A stretch of 38,492 nucleotides of DNA from the NCBI GenBank assembly GCA_028705415.1, contig JAQWDO010000001.1, positions 1 to 38,492 of the forward strand, in the 5' to 3' direction. The DNA comes from Dehalococcoidales bacterium (lineage in GTDB: Bacteria; Chloroflexota; Dehalococcoidia; Dehalococcoidales; CSSed11-197). A model generated the notes under the pieces. That model did no database searches and was not told the origin of the DNA. It saw only the letters and a list, made by a program, of their open reading frames with translations. Below are positions 14,000 to 21,509 of the stretch, in pieces. The translations under genes and the position numbers were made by a program. Numbering within the stretch: position 1 is the stretch's first letter; each line of letters begins with the position of its first letter.

Positions 14000-15457
14000 A
14001 TGAACCCAGAATTTGAAACCGTAATTGGCCTTGAAGTACACGCCCAGCTTACCACACGCAGCAAAATGTTTTGCCGGTGCGGCTCTGATTATGCCAGCGC
14101 TGAACCCAACACTCGTACCTGCCCGGTTTGCCTTGGTATGCCCGGAGTCCTGCCGACAATTAACCGGCAGGCAGTTGAAAATACCATCCTCACCGCCCTC
14201 GCTCTTAACTGCCAGGTCCCGGAGCGCGCCAAGTTCGACCGCAAAAATTACCCTTACCCGGACCTTGTAAAAGGTTATCAGATAAGTCAGTACGATGAGC
14301 CATTCGGGTTGGGTGGCTGGATAGAAGTTGAAACCGATGGGAATTCCCGCCGTTTGGGTATTACCCGTGTACACCTTGAAGAAGATGTCTGCAAACTCCT
14401 CCACCGCGGCACCGGCAGCAATGGATACAGCCTGGTTGATGCCAATCGAAGCGGAGTTCCTCTTATGGAAATAGTAAGCGAGCCGGATATGCGCTCTCCC
14501 GCCGAAGCCCGTAACTATCTGATAAAACTCAGAAGCATTTTGCGTTATCTGGGAGTATCGCTGGCCAACATGGAAGAAGGCAGTTTCCGCTGTGATGCCA
14601 ATATTTCCATCCGGCCGAAGGGTTCGGAAGAGCTGCTTGCCAAGGTTGAAGTAAAAAACATGAACAGCCTGAAAGCCGTATACCGCGCGCTTGAATTCGA
14701 GGCTGAACGTCAGAGAAAGGCATTCATCAACGGTGAAAAAATAAACCAGGAGACTCGCGGCTGGGTAGAAGAAACCGGAAAAACCGTCAGCCAGCGCAGC
14801 AAGGAATATGCACATGATTACCGGTATTTTCCAGAGCCCGATTTGCCTCCTCTTGAAGTCAGCCGGGAATGGGTAGAAAATATCCGGTGCCGGATGCCGG
14901 AGCTTCCCGATCAGCGGTGCCAGCGTTTTATAAAAGATTATTCATTATCTGATTACGACGCCGGAATACTCACTGCAAGTAAAGAAGCGGCAGATTATTT
15001 TGAAACCGTACTCAGTGAGTCCGGGCGCTCCCCCAAAGAAGTCGCCAACTGGATAGCCGGGCCGGTTTCCGGGATTATAAATGCTCAGGGCATTGATTTT
15101 GAAGACTTTGGCAAAAAGGTTTCACCGGAAGAAATGACCGGGTTACTTAAGCTTGAAGGCAGTGGTTCAATCAATATGGCAACAGCCAAAACAGTACTGG
15201 AAGAAATGTTTAACACCGGAAAGAGCGCGGCAACCCTGGTTAATGAAAAGGGATTGACCCAGATCAGCGGTTCTGAGGAACTGGACCAATTTGCCGTTCA
15301 AGTTATTGAAGCCAATCCATCCGCAGTAGCAGATTTCAAGGCCGGCAAAGAACAGGCTCTCAAGTTTTTAATCGGGCAGATGATGCGGCTGACCAGAGGA
15401 AGAGCCAACCCGGAAATTGCTGCGGATATTTTAAAACGCAAGCTGGAGGAATATTAA
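14000..15457 (+). CDS. gatB: Asp/Glu-tRNA amidotransferase subunit B
   Basis: [55 protein letters not shown] and the C-terminal GatB/YqeY-like region. Confidence 0.95.
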   Translation: MNPEFETVIGLEVHAQLTTRSKMFCRCGSDYASAEPNTRTCPVCLGMPGVLPTINRQAVENTILTALALNCQVPERAKFDRKNYPYPDLVKGYQISQYDEPFGLGGWIEVETDGNSRRLGITRVHLEEDVCKLLHRGTGSNGYSLVDANRSGVPLMEIVSEPDMRSPAEARNYLIKLRSILRYLGVSLANMEEGSFRCDANISIRPKGSEELLAKVEVKNMNSLKAVYRALEFEAERQRKAFINGEKINQETRGWVEETGKTVSQRSKEYAHDYRYFPEPDLPPLEVSREWVENIRCRMPELPDQRCQRFIKDYSLSDYDAGILTASKEAADYFETVLSESGRSPKEVANWIAGPVSGIINAQGIDFEDFGKKVSPEEMTGLLKLEGSGSINMATAKTVLEEMFNTGKSAATLVNEKGLTQISGSEELDQFAVQVIEANPSAVADFKAGKEQALKFLIGQMMRLTRGRANPEIAADILKRKLEEY

Positions 15458-15460
15458 AAT

Positions 15461-15679
15461 ATGCAAACTTACTTGTTGGTGGCCCAGATAATTATTTCAG
15501 TTGCGCTGATTGCGGTTCTGCTCCTGCAGGTACGCGGAGGTGGCCTGGGAGGGATATTTGGGCAGGCAGATACCGTTTACCGCACACGCCGCGGCATAGA
15601 GAAAACCCTTTTTAATCTGACTATCATACTAACGGTGTTATTTATCGGCGTTGCACTTCTGATTCTTGCCGTTGCCTAG
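15461..15679 (+). CDS. secG: Preprotein translocase subunit SecG
   Basis: 72 aa with two TM segments around LLLQVRGGGLGGIFGQ, the SecG glycine-rich signature. Confidence 0.8.
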   Translation: MQTYLLVAQIIISVALIAVLLLQVRGGGLGGIFGQADTVYRTRRGIEKTLFNLTIILTVLFIGVALLILAVA

Positions 15680-15723
15680 ATAAAGCCTTTCGCTGGCTTC
15701 TGCGCCACATATCAGAATTAAAC

Positions 15724-15749
15724 GGGCTCCGTGGATATCCACGGAGCCC
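15724..15749 (+). terminator. Intrinsic terminator after secG
   Basis: GGGCTCCGTGG-atat-CCACGGAGCCC gives an 11-bp stem, followed by TGTTGTTACTTATT. Confidence 0.8.
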
Positions 15750-15819
15750 TGTTGTTACTTATTCAACTGTAACTTACTGCTTCGCTCCCTACCTCTCCAA
15801 CCTGACAACAGCCAGAAGA

Positions 15820-16020
15820 CCTCCTTTACCAAACGGAGGATAATCTACTCGAGAGGCTTGGGGGCCTTCTCCCGCTCCTCACTGGTGATGCTAACCGACC
15901 TTGCCCTTCACCAGCAAGGAGCAGCAACGAGGAAATTTTCTCCGGCATAAAACGGCTATAATCTCCATCACGCCACCTCCTTTCCGGTATTGGAGGGTTA
16001 CTCTTCGTCCCCCTCCAATA
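15820..16020. ncRNA. Candidate structured RNA or lysC leader (unassigned), hairpin-dense and strand-asymmetric
   Basis: Four hairpins:
- 15820-15839: CCTCC/GGAGG.
- 15851-15871: GAGAGGC/GCCtTCTC.
- 15874-15922: GCTCCT-ca-CTGGTGA...TCACCAG-ca-AGGAGC, 13 bp.
- 15988-16020: TATTGGAGGG/CCCTCCAATA, 10 bp. An alternative partner, CCTCC, sits at 15976-15980.
The plus strand is C/T-rich and the minus strand G/A-rich. No Rfam-type motif was recognised. Confidence 0.25.
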
Positions 16021-16116
16021 TTCATTATAATGTATGCAGAGAAAATGTCAATAGTATATAAATTAATCAAATAAAATAAAAAGAATTTTAATCCAGGAGC
16101 AATTTCTCTTGCCGGA

Positions 16117-16147
16117 TTGGCAATATCCAACCTTTTGGGTATAGAAT
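16117..16147 (+). promoter_or_regulatory. Possible lysC promoter (TTGGCA-N17-TATAGA)
   Basis: TTGGCA at 16117-16122 and TATAGA at 16140-16145 (or TAGAAT at 16142-16147), in an AT-rich stretch about 50 nt before the ATG. Confidence 0.3.
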
Positions 16148-16197
16148 ATGGGTAATTTCACCCTGAAAATGGGTAGTATCACACAAGGGTAAAACTG

Positions 16198-17415
16198 ATG
16201 CCTCTAGTAATTCAAAAATACGGCGGTTCCTCCGTAGCTGACGGAGAAAAAATCATGAATGTTGCCCGCAGAATTGCAAGAACTGCAGAAAGCGGCAACC
16301 AGGTAGTTGCTGTAGTATCCGCAATGGGGGATACCACCGACGACCTGCTTAAAATCGCCTATGACGTGTGCGATAACCCCGGCAGCCGTGAACTGGACGT
16401 GCTTCTCTCTACCGGCGAAATTGTCTCTTCTACGCTGCTGGCCATGGCGCTTAAATCACTCGGCGCAAAATCTATCAGCCTGACCGGAGCCCAGGCAGGT
16501 ATCCGAACTGACAATTCCTACTCCAGGGCACGCATAACCAATATCGATCCCCGGCGCATTATCAAGGAGCTTGACAAGGGCAATATCGTCATCGTAGCCG
16601 GGTTTCAGGGAATTAACGATGAAATGGATACCACCACTCTCGGCCGTGGCGGTTCTGATACAACTGCGGTCGCTCTGGCAGCAAGCCTTAATGCAGACAA
16701 GTGTGAAATATATACCGACGTTACCGGGGTATACACGGCAGACCCGCGTATCGTCAGCCAGGCCAAAAAGCTTGATGAAATCGGGTATGAAGAAATGCTT
16801 GAAATGAGCACCTACGGAGCCAATGTTATGCACCCCAGAGCGGTGGAGCTTGGCCAAATATACAATATACCTATCCTGGTTGCTTCCAGCTTTCTGGAAA
16901 GCCCAGGAACATTAATCCATGGAGGCATACCAGTGGAAGGACGAAACAGAGTAACCGGAATAGCACAGGATTTGAACGTAGCCAAGATTACAATCGTCGG
17001 CGTGCCGGACAGGCCGGGTATAGCGGGAACGATTTTTGAAAGGCTTGCCGCTGCCGGAATCAGCGTAGATACGATAGTTCAGAATGCAAGTATTGAAAAC
17101 ATTACTGATTTGACCTTTACCATAGCTAAAAGCGATCTTGCCCCCGCCATGGAAATCGTCAAACCCATAGCTGCTGAAATTGGTGCGCGGGACTGCGTAT
17201 TTGATTCCTCAGTTGGCAAAGTCAGCATTATAGGCACCGGCATCCAGACCAGCCCGGGATATGCTGCCAGGATGTTTGCAACTCTCAGCCGGGAAAGCAT
17301 CAATATTATGCTGATCTCTACCTCGGAAATCCGTATTACCTGCATCATAAAGGAAGACCGGGTCAAGGACGCCGTGAGGGCCCTGCACCAGGCTTTCGAG
17401 CTGGAACAGGCATAA
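16198..17415 (+). CDS. lysC: Aspartate kinase
   Basis: VIQKYGGSSVADGEKI, VVSAMGDTTDDLL, VVAGFQG and TTLGRGGSDTTAVALA, plus two C-terminal ACT-like repeats. Confidence 0.93.
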   Translation: MPLVIQKYGGSSVADGEKIMNVARRIARTAESGNQVVAVVSAMGDTTDDLLKIAYDVCDNPGSRELDVLLSTGEIVSSTLLAMALKSLGAKSISLTGAQAGIRTDNSYSRARITNIDPRRIIKELDKGNIVIVAGFQGINDEMDTTTLGRGGSDTTAVALAASLNADKCEIYTDVTGVYTADPRIVSQAKKLDEIGYEEMLEMSTYGANVMHPRAVELGQIYNIPILVASSFLESPGTLIHGGIPVEGRNRVTGIAQDLNVAKITIVGVPDRPGIAGTIFERLAAAGISVDTIVQNASIENITDLTFTIAKSDLAPAMEIVKPIAAEIGARDCVFDSSVGKVSIIGTGIQTSPGYAARMFATLSRESINIMLISTSEIRITCIIKEDRVKDAVRALHQAFELEQA

Positions 17416-17416
17416 A

Positions 17417-17448
17417 AAATATGGCGGCCTTTCCCGGCCGCCATATTT
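17417..17448. terminator. Bidirectional terminator between lysC and nfu
   Basis: AAATATGGCGGCC-tttccc-GGCCGCCATATTT, flanked by an A-run on the left and a T-run on the right, so it can serve both convergent genes. Confidence 0.8.
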
Positions 17449-17469
17449 ACTTTCCCAATTCAAAATTAT

Positions 17470-17691
17470 CTATACATTAACTACTTCTTTGACCCCGGGT
17501 ACTTCCTGTTTGAGCAGGCGCTCAATACCATTTTTCAGAGTCATTGAAGACATCGGGCAACCGGCGCAGGCACCTTTCAAGCTAACCTTGACGATGCCAT
17601 CTTCGGTAACATCAACCAGTTCGACATTACCCCCATCTGCCTGCAGGCTGGGGCGGATTTTATCCAGAACCGCTGCCACTGCTTCTCGCAT
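17470..17691 (-). CDS. nfu: NifU-like (Nfu-type) Fe-S cluster carrier domain protein
   Basis: [48 protein letters not shown] is the NifU C-terminal domain with CxxC. The listed ORF starts at 17721. I prefer the ATG at 17691 (MREAV...) because AAAGGAGA lies 5 nt upstream of it. Confidence 0.85.
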   Translation of the reverse strand: MREAVAAVLDKIRPSLQADGGNVELVDVTEDGIVKVSLKGACAGCPMSSMTLKNGIERLLKQEVPGVKEVVNV

Positions 17692-17721
17692 TAATATCTC
17701 CTTTTTAAATTTCTTTACCAA

Positions 17722-17847
17722 CTATTCCCCGGATTCAGTTTGCTTGTTCTCCTGATTCCCATGACACTCCAAAACCTGCTCGGGGGAGCATTCTCCGGGT
17801 TTACCTTTCAGCCTTTCCGGGTGCTCACATCCACATTCCTGACACAT
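17722..17847 (-). CDS. Unannotated 41-aa Cys/His-rich micro-protein (MCQECGCEHPERLKGKPGECSPEQVLECHGNQENKQTESGE)
   Basis: Below the 60-aa cut-off of the ORF track. AAGGAGA lies 6 nt before the ATG at 17847. The TAG stop (17722-17724) sits 30 nt before the nfu start on the same strand, and a promoter-like element lies upstream. Cys at 2, 5, 7, 20 and 28; His at 9 and 29. Confidence 0.55.
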   Translation of the reverse strand: MCQECGCEHPERLKGKPGECSPEQVLECHGNQENKQTESGE

Positions 17848-17884
17848 TGTTGCTCTCCTTGTGTTAAAATGGTAGTTTGATAAG

Positions 17885-17905
17885 ATGATAGATTGAGATT
17901 ATCAT
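17885..17905. promoter_or_regulatory. Inverted repeat ATGATA-N9-TATCAT overlapping the -10 of the micro-ORF/nfu promoter
   Basis: Arms at 17885-17890 and 17900-17905. The minus-strand promoter is TTGACG (17920-17925), a 16-nt spacer, then GATAAT (17898-17903). Confidence 0.35.
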
Positions 17906-18055
17906 ACAGCTCATTAAAACGTCAATTTCGGACTGGAATATTTTTTCTTAAAAACACCTTGCAAAAGTATATGTTTTTCGTTTACTATTTGAAGCTTGTG
18001 TTTGGTCTCATTCCAGACACCGATTAAAAAGATTTATAAACAGAAGAGAGGATAA

Positions 18056-18862
18056 ATGGTACAAGAAACGGAAAAACCGGTTTTTGTTCTTCCATCAACC
18101 AGCCGGAAGGCTATAAACCTGGCCATGGAAGGCCGGTGGCAGGAAGCTGTGGCTGCCAACCTGTCAATCATTGAGGGTTCACCCTGTGATGTAGACGCTC
18201 ACAACCGTCTTGGCCGTGCATACATGGAACTGGGCGAATATGCCCCGGCAAGAGATGCATACAGCCGTGCTTATGAGCTTGATCCGTATAATTCAATTGC
18301 TGAAAAAAACCTCCGGCGGCTTTCACAATTGGGCGAAGGGGTCAGCCATAAGGCACCACCCCTTACCAGACTGGATCCGGAACACTTTATAGAAGAACCC
18401 GGTAAAGCCGGGGTAGTAAGCCTCCAAAGGGAAGCACCGCAAGAAACCTGGGCAAGTATTGTTGTCGGAGAAAAGGTAAACCTGGCTATCGAAGGCGCCC
18501 ACCTCAAGGTCGAAACTGAACAGGGAGAATACCTGGGAATAATAGATTCACGCCAGAGCCAGCGGCTTATAAAACTGATGAGAGGCGGCAACCATTACAG
18601 TTCCAAGGTGGTGAGCGCAACGGGCTCAAAAGCCATTATAATAAGGGAAGTATTCCAGCATCCGTCACAGCATGGGATAATTTCATTCCCTTCCCGCAAT
18701 CTTGACCGGGTCGAACGCTATACCGGAGACCAGCTCGCAGGAGCGAAAGTCAGCATAAGCACCGATTCCGGTGATGACAGCTACTACGCAGAAAGCGACG
18801 AGGAAGATGAATGGACAGACAGCAGTGATGATAATTATGACGACCAGGAAGAAACTAATTAG
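18056..18862 (+). CDS. TPR-repeat protein with strongly acidic C-terminal tail
   Basis: TPR-like segment [42 protein letters not shown]. The tail reads [28 protein letters not shown] lies before the ATG. The gene ends 11 nt before gyrA. Confidence 0.7.
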   Translation: MVQETEKPVFVLPSTSRKAINLAMEGRWQEAVAANLSIIEGSPCDVDAHNRLGRAYMELGEYAPARDAYSRAYELDPYNSIAEKNLRRLSQLGEGVSHKAPPLTRLDPEHFIEEPGKAGVVSLQREAPQETWASIVVGEKVNLAIEGAHLKVETEQGEYLGIIDSRQSQRLIKLMRGGNHYSSKVVSATGSKAIIIREVFQHPSQHGIISFPSRNLDRVERYTGDQLAGAKVSISTDSGDDSYYAESDEEDEWTDSSDDNYDDQEETN

Positions 18863-18873
18863 GAGACCTTGAT

Positions 18874-21315
18874 ATGGATTTAACCACAGGAAACATCAAC
18901 GACATCAAAATTGAAGACGAAATGCGCTCCAGCTATCTGGACTATGCCATGAGCGTGATCATCGCCCGGGCATTGCCCGACGTGAGAGACGGGCTTAAAC
19001 CGGTCCAGAGGCGTATCCTTTTTGCCATGCGGGAGCTTGGTATAACCCATAGCGGCTCCCATAAAAAGAGCGCCAGGGTCGTTGGAGAAGTACTGGGTAA
19101 ATACCATCCACACGGAGATTCTTCAGTATATGATGCAATGGTTCGCATGGCCCAGGATTTTTCCATGCGCCATACCCTGATCGATGGACAGGGCAACTTC
19201 GGAAGTGTAGATAACGATCCCCCGGCAGCTATGCGTTACACCGAGGTAAGGCTGTCTGCTATCGCAGAACATATGCTGATGGACCTTGATAAAGAAACCG
19301 TCAACTTCATGCCCAACTTCGACGACAGCCTGAAGGAGCCGGTAGTGCTGCCAAGCAGGCTGCCAAACCTTCTGGTAAACGGATCTGCCGGCATTGCTGT
19401 TGGCATGGCGACAAATATCCCGCCCCACAACCTGGGAGAGATTTGCAGTGCTATCAACTATCTGATCGATAATCCCGAAGCCTCGGTCAGTGATTTGATG
19501 CAGATAGTTAAAGGCCCGGATTTCCCCACCGGAGCGATAATTCAAGGCGTTGAGGGAATACGAAGCGCCTATGCTACCGGACACGGGCGCGTGGTGGTTA
19601 AGGCCCGGGCATTTATTGATGAAACACCAAACGGGCGTTACCAGATTATTGTAAATGAACTGCCGTACCAGGTTAACAAGGCTGCGTTGATTGAACGGAT
19701 TGCCAGCTTGATTAAAGAGAAGAAAATTACCGGCATCAGCGATCTGAGAGATGAGTCAGACCGGCAGGGAATGCGAATTGTAATTGAATTGAAAAGGGAA
19801 GGCCAGCCACAACAGGTACTCAACAACCTGTTCAAGCGCACCCCGATGCAATCGGCTTTCTTCGTCAATATGCTGGCCCTGGTCGATGGGCAGCCTCGAG
19901 TACTCAGCCTGAAAGAAGCCCTGCAGCATTTTATCAGCTTCCGCCAGGAAGTAATAACCAGAAGGACTGAATACGAGCTCAGGGGCGCCAGGGACCGCGC
20001 GCATATTCTTGAAGGTTTAAAAATTGCGCTTGATTTCATAGAAGAAGTGATTGCCACCATTCGCGCTGCCAAATCAGCTGAGGAAGCACGGGGCGAGCTG
20101 ATGGTAAAATTCGAACTGAGCCAGATACAGGCACAAGCCATCCTGGATATGCAGCTCAGGAGGCTCGCCAATCTTGAAAGGCAAAAAATCCTTGATGAAT
20201 ACACTGAGGTGCTCAAGCTCATAAGCCACCTCGAAGATTTGCTTGCAAGCCCCGGTAAAATACTTGGCGTAGTTAAAAAAGAAATCGGGGAACTCAAATC
20301 CAAAGAAGCCAATCCGCGCAAAAGTGAAATCAACGAACAGGAAGCTCTGGCATTCAGCGAAGAGGATTTGATACCTCACCAGGCTATGGTGGTGACACTC
20401 AGCGACCGCGGTTTTATTAAAAGAGTTCCGGCAGAAAGCTTCACTCCCCAGCACCGAGGGGGCAAAGGTATTATCGGAATGGTTACCCGCGAAGCTGATA
20501 CCGTCCGCTTCCTGCTGTATGCCGATACTCATGACAACCTGCTCTTTTTTACCGACCGGGGGAGGGTTTTCAGCATCAGGTGCCATGAGGTTCCCCTGGA
20601 TGTTTCACGGGTCAGTAAAGGCCTGTCAATTATCAACCTTATTCCCCTTCAGGATGGCGAACGAGTCACCGCTTTGGTAGACGTAAAGGAATTCAGCGAA
20701 GACTGGTTCATGATTCTGGCAACTCAAAAGGGAGAGATAAAGAAAGTCGATATCAACAGCTTCAGTTCGATCCGCTCGAGCGGGCTGCTGGCAATGGACC
20801 TCGATAAGGACGATTGCCTGGTTAGCGTAAGAATGGGGACAAATGAAAACGATGTCGTCCTGGTAACCAGAAACGGGCAGTCTATCCGCTTCCCGGTCAA
20901 GGATATTCGTACCAGTCTCAGAGCCAGCGGTGGAGTAAAAGCCATCAAACTCCTGGACGGCGATCAGACGGTTGCCATGGATATGGTAAATCCCGAAGCT
21001 TACCTTCTGGTGGTTACCGAACGCGGTTTCGGTAAGATTACGCCTCTTTCCAGGTACCCCGTACAAAAACGAGCCGGCAGTGGAGTTAAAACCTTCAGTC
21101 TTACCAGTAAAACCGGGCAGGTTACCGCCGCAGCGCAGGTCACAGAAACCCGCCAGGTAATGCTGATTTCAGCTCATGGTGTGGTAACCCGCACGCCGGT
21201 CAGAGAAGAAGATCCACGCAAGGGAATCACTGTTCAGGGTCGCTCTACACAGGGTGTTAAACTGATGGACATTAAACCCGAGGATGCCCTGGTCGCCATT
21301 ACCGTTTTCGACTAG
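18874..21315 (+). CDS. gyrA: DNA gyrase subunit A
   Basis: [53 protein letters not shown] and the C-terminal beta-pinwheel repeats. 813 aa. Confidence 0.96.
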   Translation: MDLTTGNINDIKIEDEMRSSYLDYAMSVIIARALPDVRDGLKPVQRRILFAMRELGITHSGSHKKSARVVGEVLGKYHPHGDSSVYDAMVRMAQDFSMRHTLIDGQGNFGSVDNDPPAAMRYTEVRLSAIAEHMLMDLDKETVNFMPNFDDSLKEPVVLPSRLPNLLVNGSAGIAVGMATNIPPHNLGEICSAINYLIDNPEASVSDLMQIVKGPDFPTGAIIQGVEGIRSAYATGHGRVVVKARAFIDETPNGRYQIIVNELPYQVNKAALIERIASLIKEKKITGISDLRDESDRQGMRIVIELKREGQPQQVLNNLFKRTPMQSAFFVNMLALVDGQPRVLSLKEALQHFISFRQEVITRRTEYELRGARDRAHILEGLKIALDFIEEVIATIRAAKSAEEARGELMVKFELSQIQAQAILDMQLRRLANLERQKILDEYTEVLKLISHLEDLLASPGKILGVVKKEIGELKSKEANPRKSEINEQEALAFSEEDLIPHQAMVVTLSDRGFIKRVPAESFTPQHRGGKGIIGMVTREADTVRFLLYADTHDNLLFFTDRGRVFSIRCHEVPLDVSRVSKGLSIINLIPLQDGERVTALVDVKEFSEDWFMILATQKGEIKKVDINSFSSIRSSGLLAMDLDKDDCLVSVRMGTNENDVVLVTRNGQSIRFPVKDIRTSLRASGGVKAIKLLDGDQTVAMDMVNPEAYLLVVTERGFGKITPLSRYPVQKRAGSGVKTFSLTSKTGQVTAAAQVTETRQVMLISAHGVVTRTPVREEDPRKGITVQGRSTQGVKLMDIKPEDALVAITVFD

Positions 21316-21317
21316 AA

Positions 21318-21509
21318 TCAAAGCTGAGCAATAGAAATTGCGCCAGTGGGGCAAGTGCGTTCGCATCCACCGAGACGATCGCACTTGTTTTCATCCGTTA
21401 CCCGGCATATATCGGAAGCGTCGATAAAAAGGATTTTTGCCGGGCACATACTGACGCACGCGCCACAGCCGGTGCACAGATCTGAGTTTATGTTAACTAT
21501 ATGATTCAA
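21318..21509 (-). CDS. Small 2x[4Fe-4S]-type ferredoxin
   Basis: CTGCGACVSMCP (CxxCxxCxxxCP) plus C-x7-C-x5-C-x3-CP. The start overlaps the radical SAM stop by 4 nt. Confidence 0.8.
   Translation of the reverse strand: MNHIVNINSDLCTGCGACVSMCPAKILFIDASDICRVTDENKCDRLGGCERTCPTGAISIAQL

Noticed and set aside
13691-14815. 374-aa minus-strand ORF, the longest unexplained ORF in the track
   Set aside because: It is antisense to the well-supported gatB gene over most of its length and runs through the repeat core and the gatB promoter. The composition is unremarkable and it has no SD. It is a typical shadow ORF.
15760-16020. Assignment of the structured gap to SRP RNA, RNase P RNA, tmRNA, 6S RNA or a lysine riboswitch
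   Set aside because: A few strings resemble SRP helix 8 (GTCAGGT...AAGCAG on the minus strand, AAGGAGCAGCA on the plus strand). However, the required GNRA-capped hairpin cannot form and the strings are tied up in a different long helix. I found no GGAAAGTCC (RNase P), no tRNA-like ends (tmRNA) and no L-box core. The region is left unassigned.
15891-16130. 79-aa minus-strand ORF in the secG-lysC gap
   Set aside because: It has no SD and an odd composition (an Ile/Phe/Tyr run followed by a Gly/Arg run), and it spans both the hairpin-dense and AT-rich halves. The region is more plausibly non-coding.
17880-17906. Calling the AT-rich hexamer run a Fur box
   Set aside because: Hand alignment to GATAATGATAATCATTATC gives a poor match. 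Only the inverted repeat ATGATA-N9-TATCAT is solid.
19638-20333. 231-aa minus-strand ORF and several shorter ones inside 18880-21066
   Set aside because: They are antisense to gyrA. The Ser/Leu/Arg-rich low-complexity translation and the lack of start context mark them as spurious.
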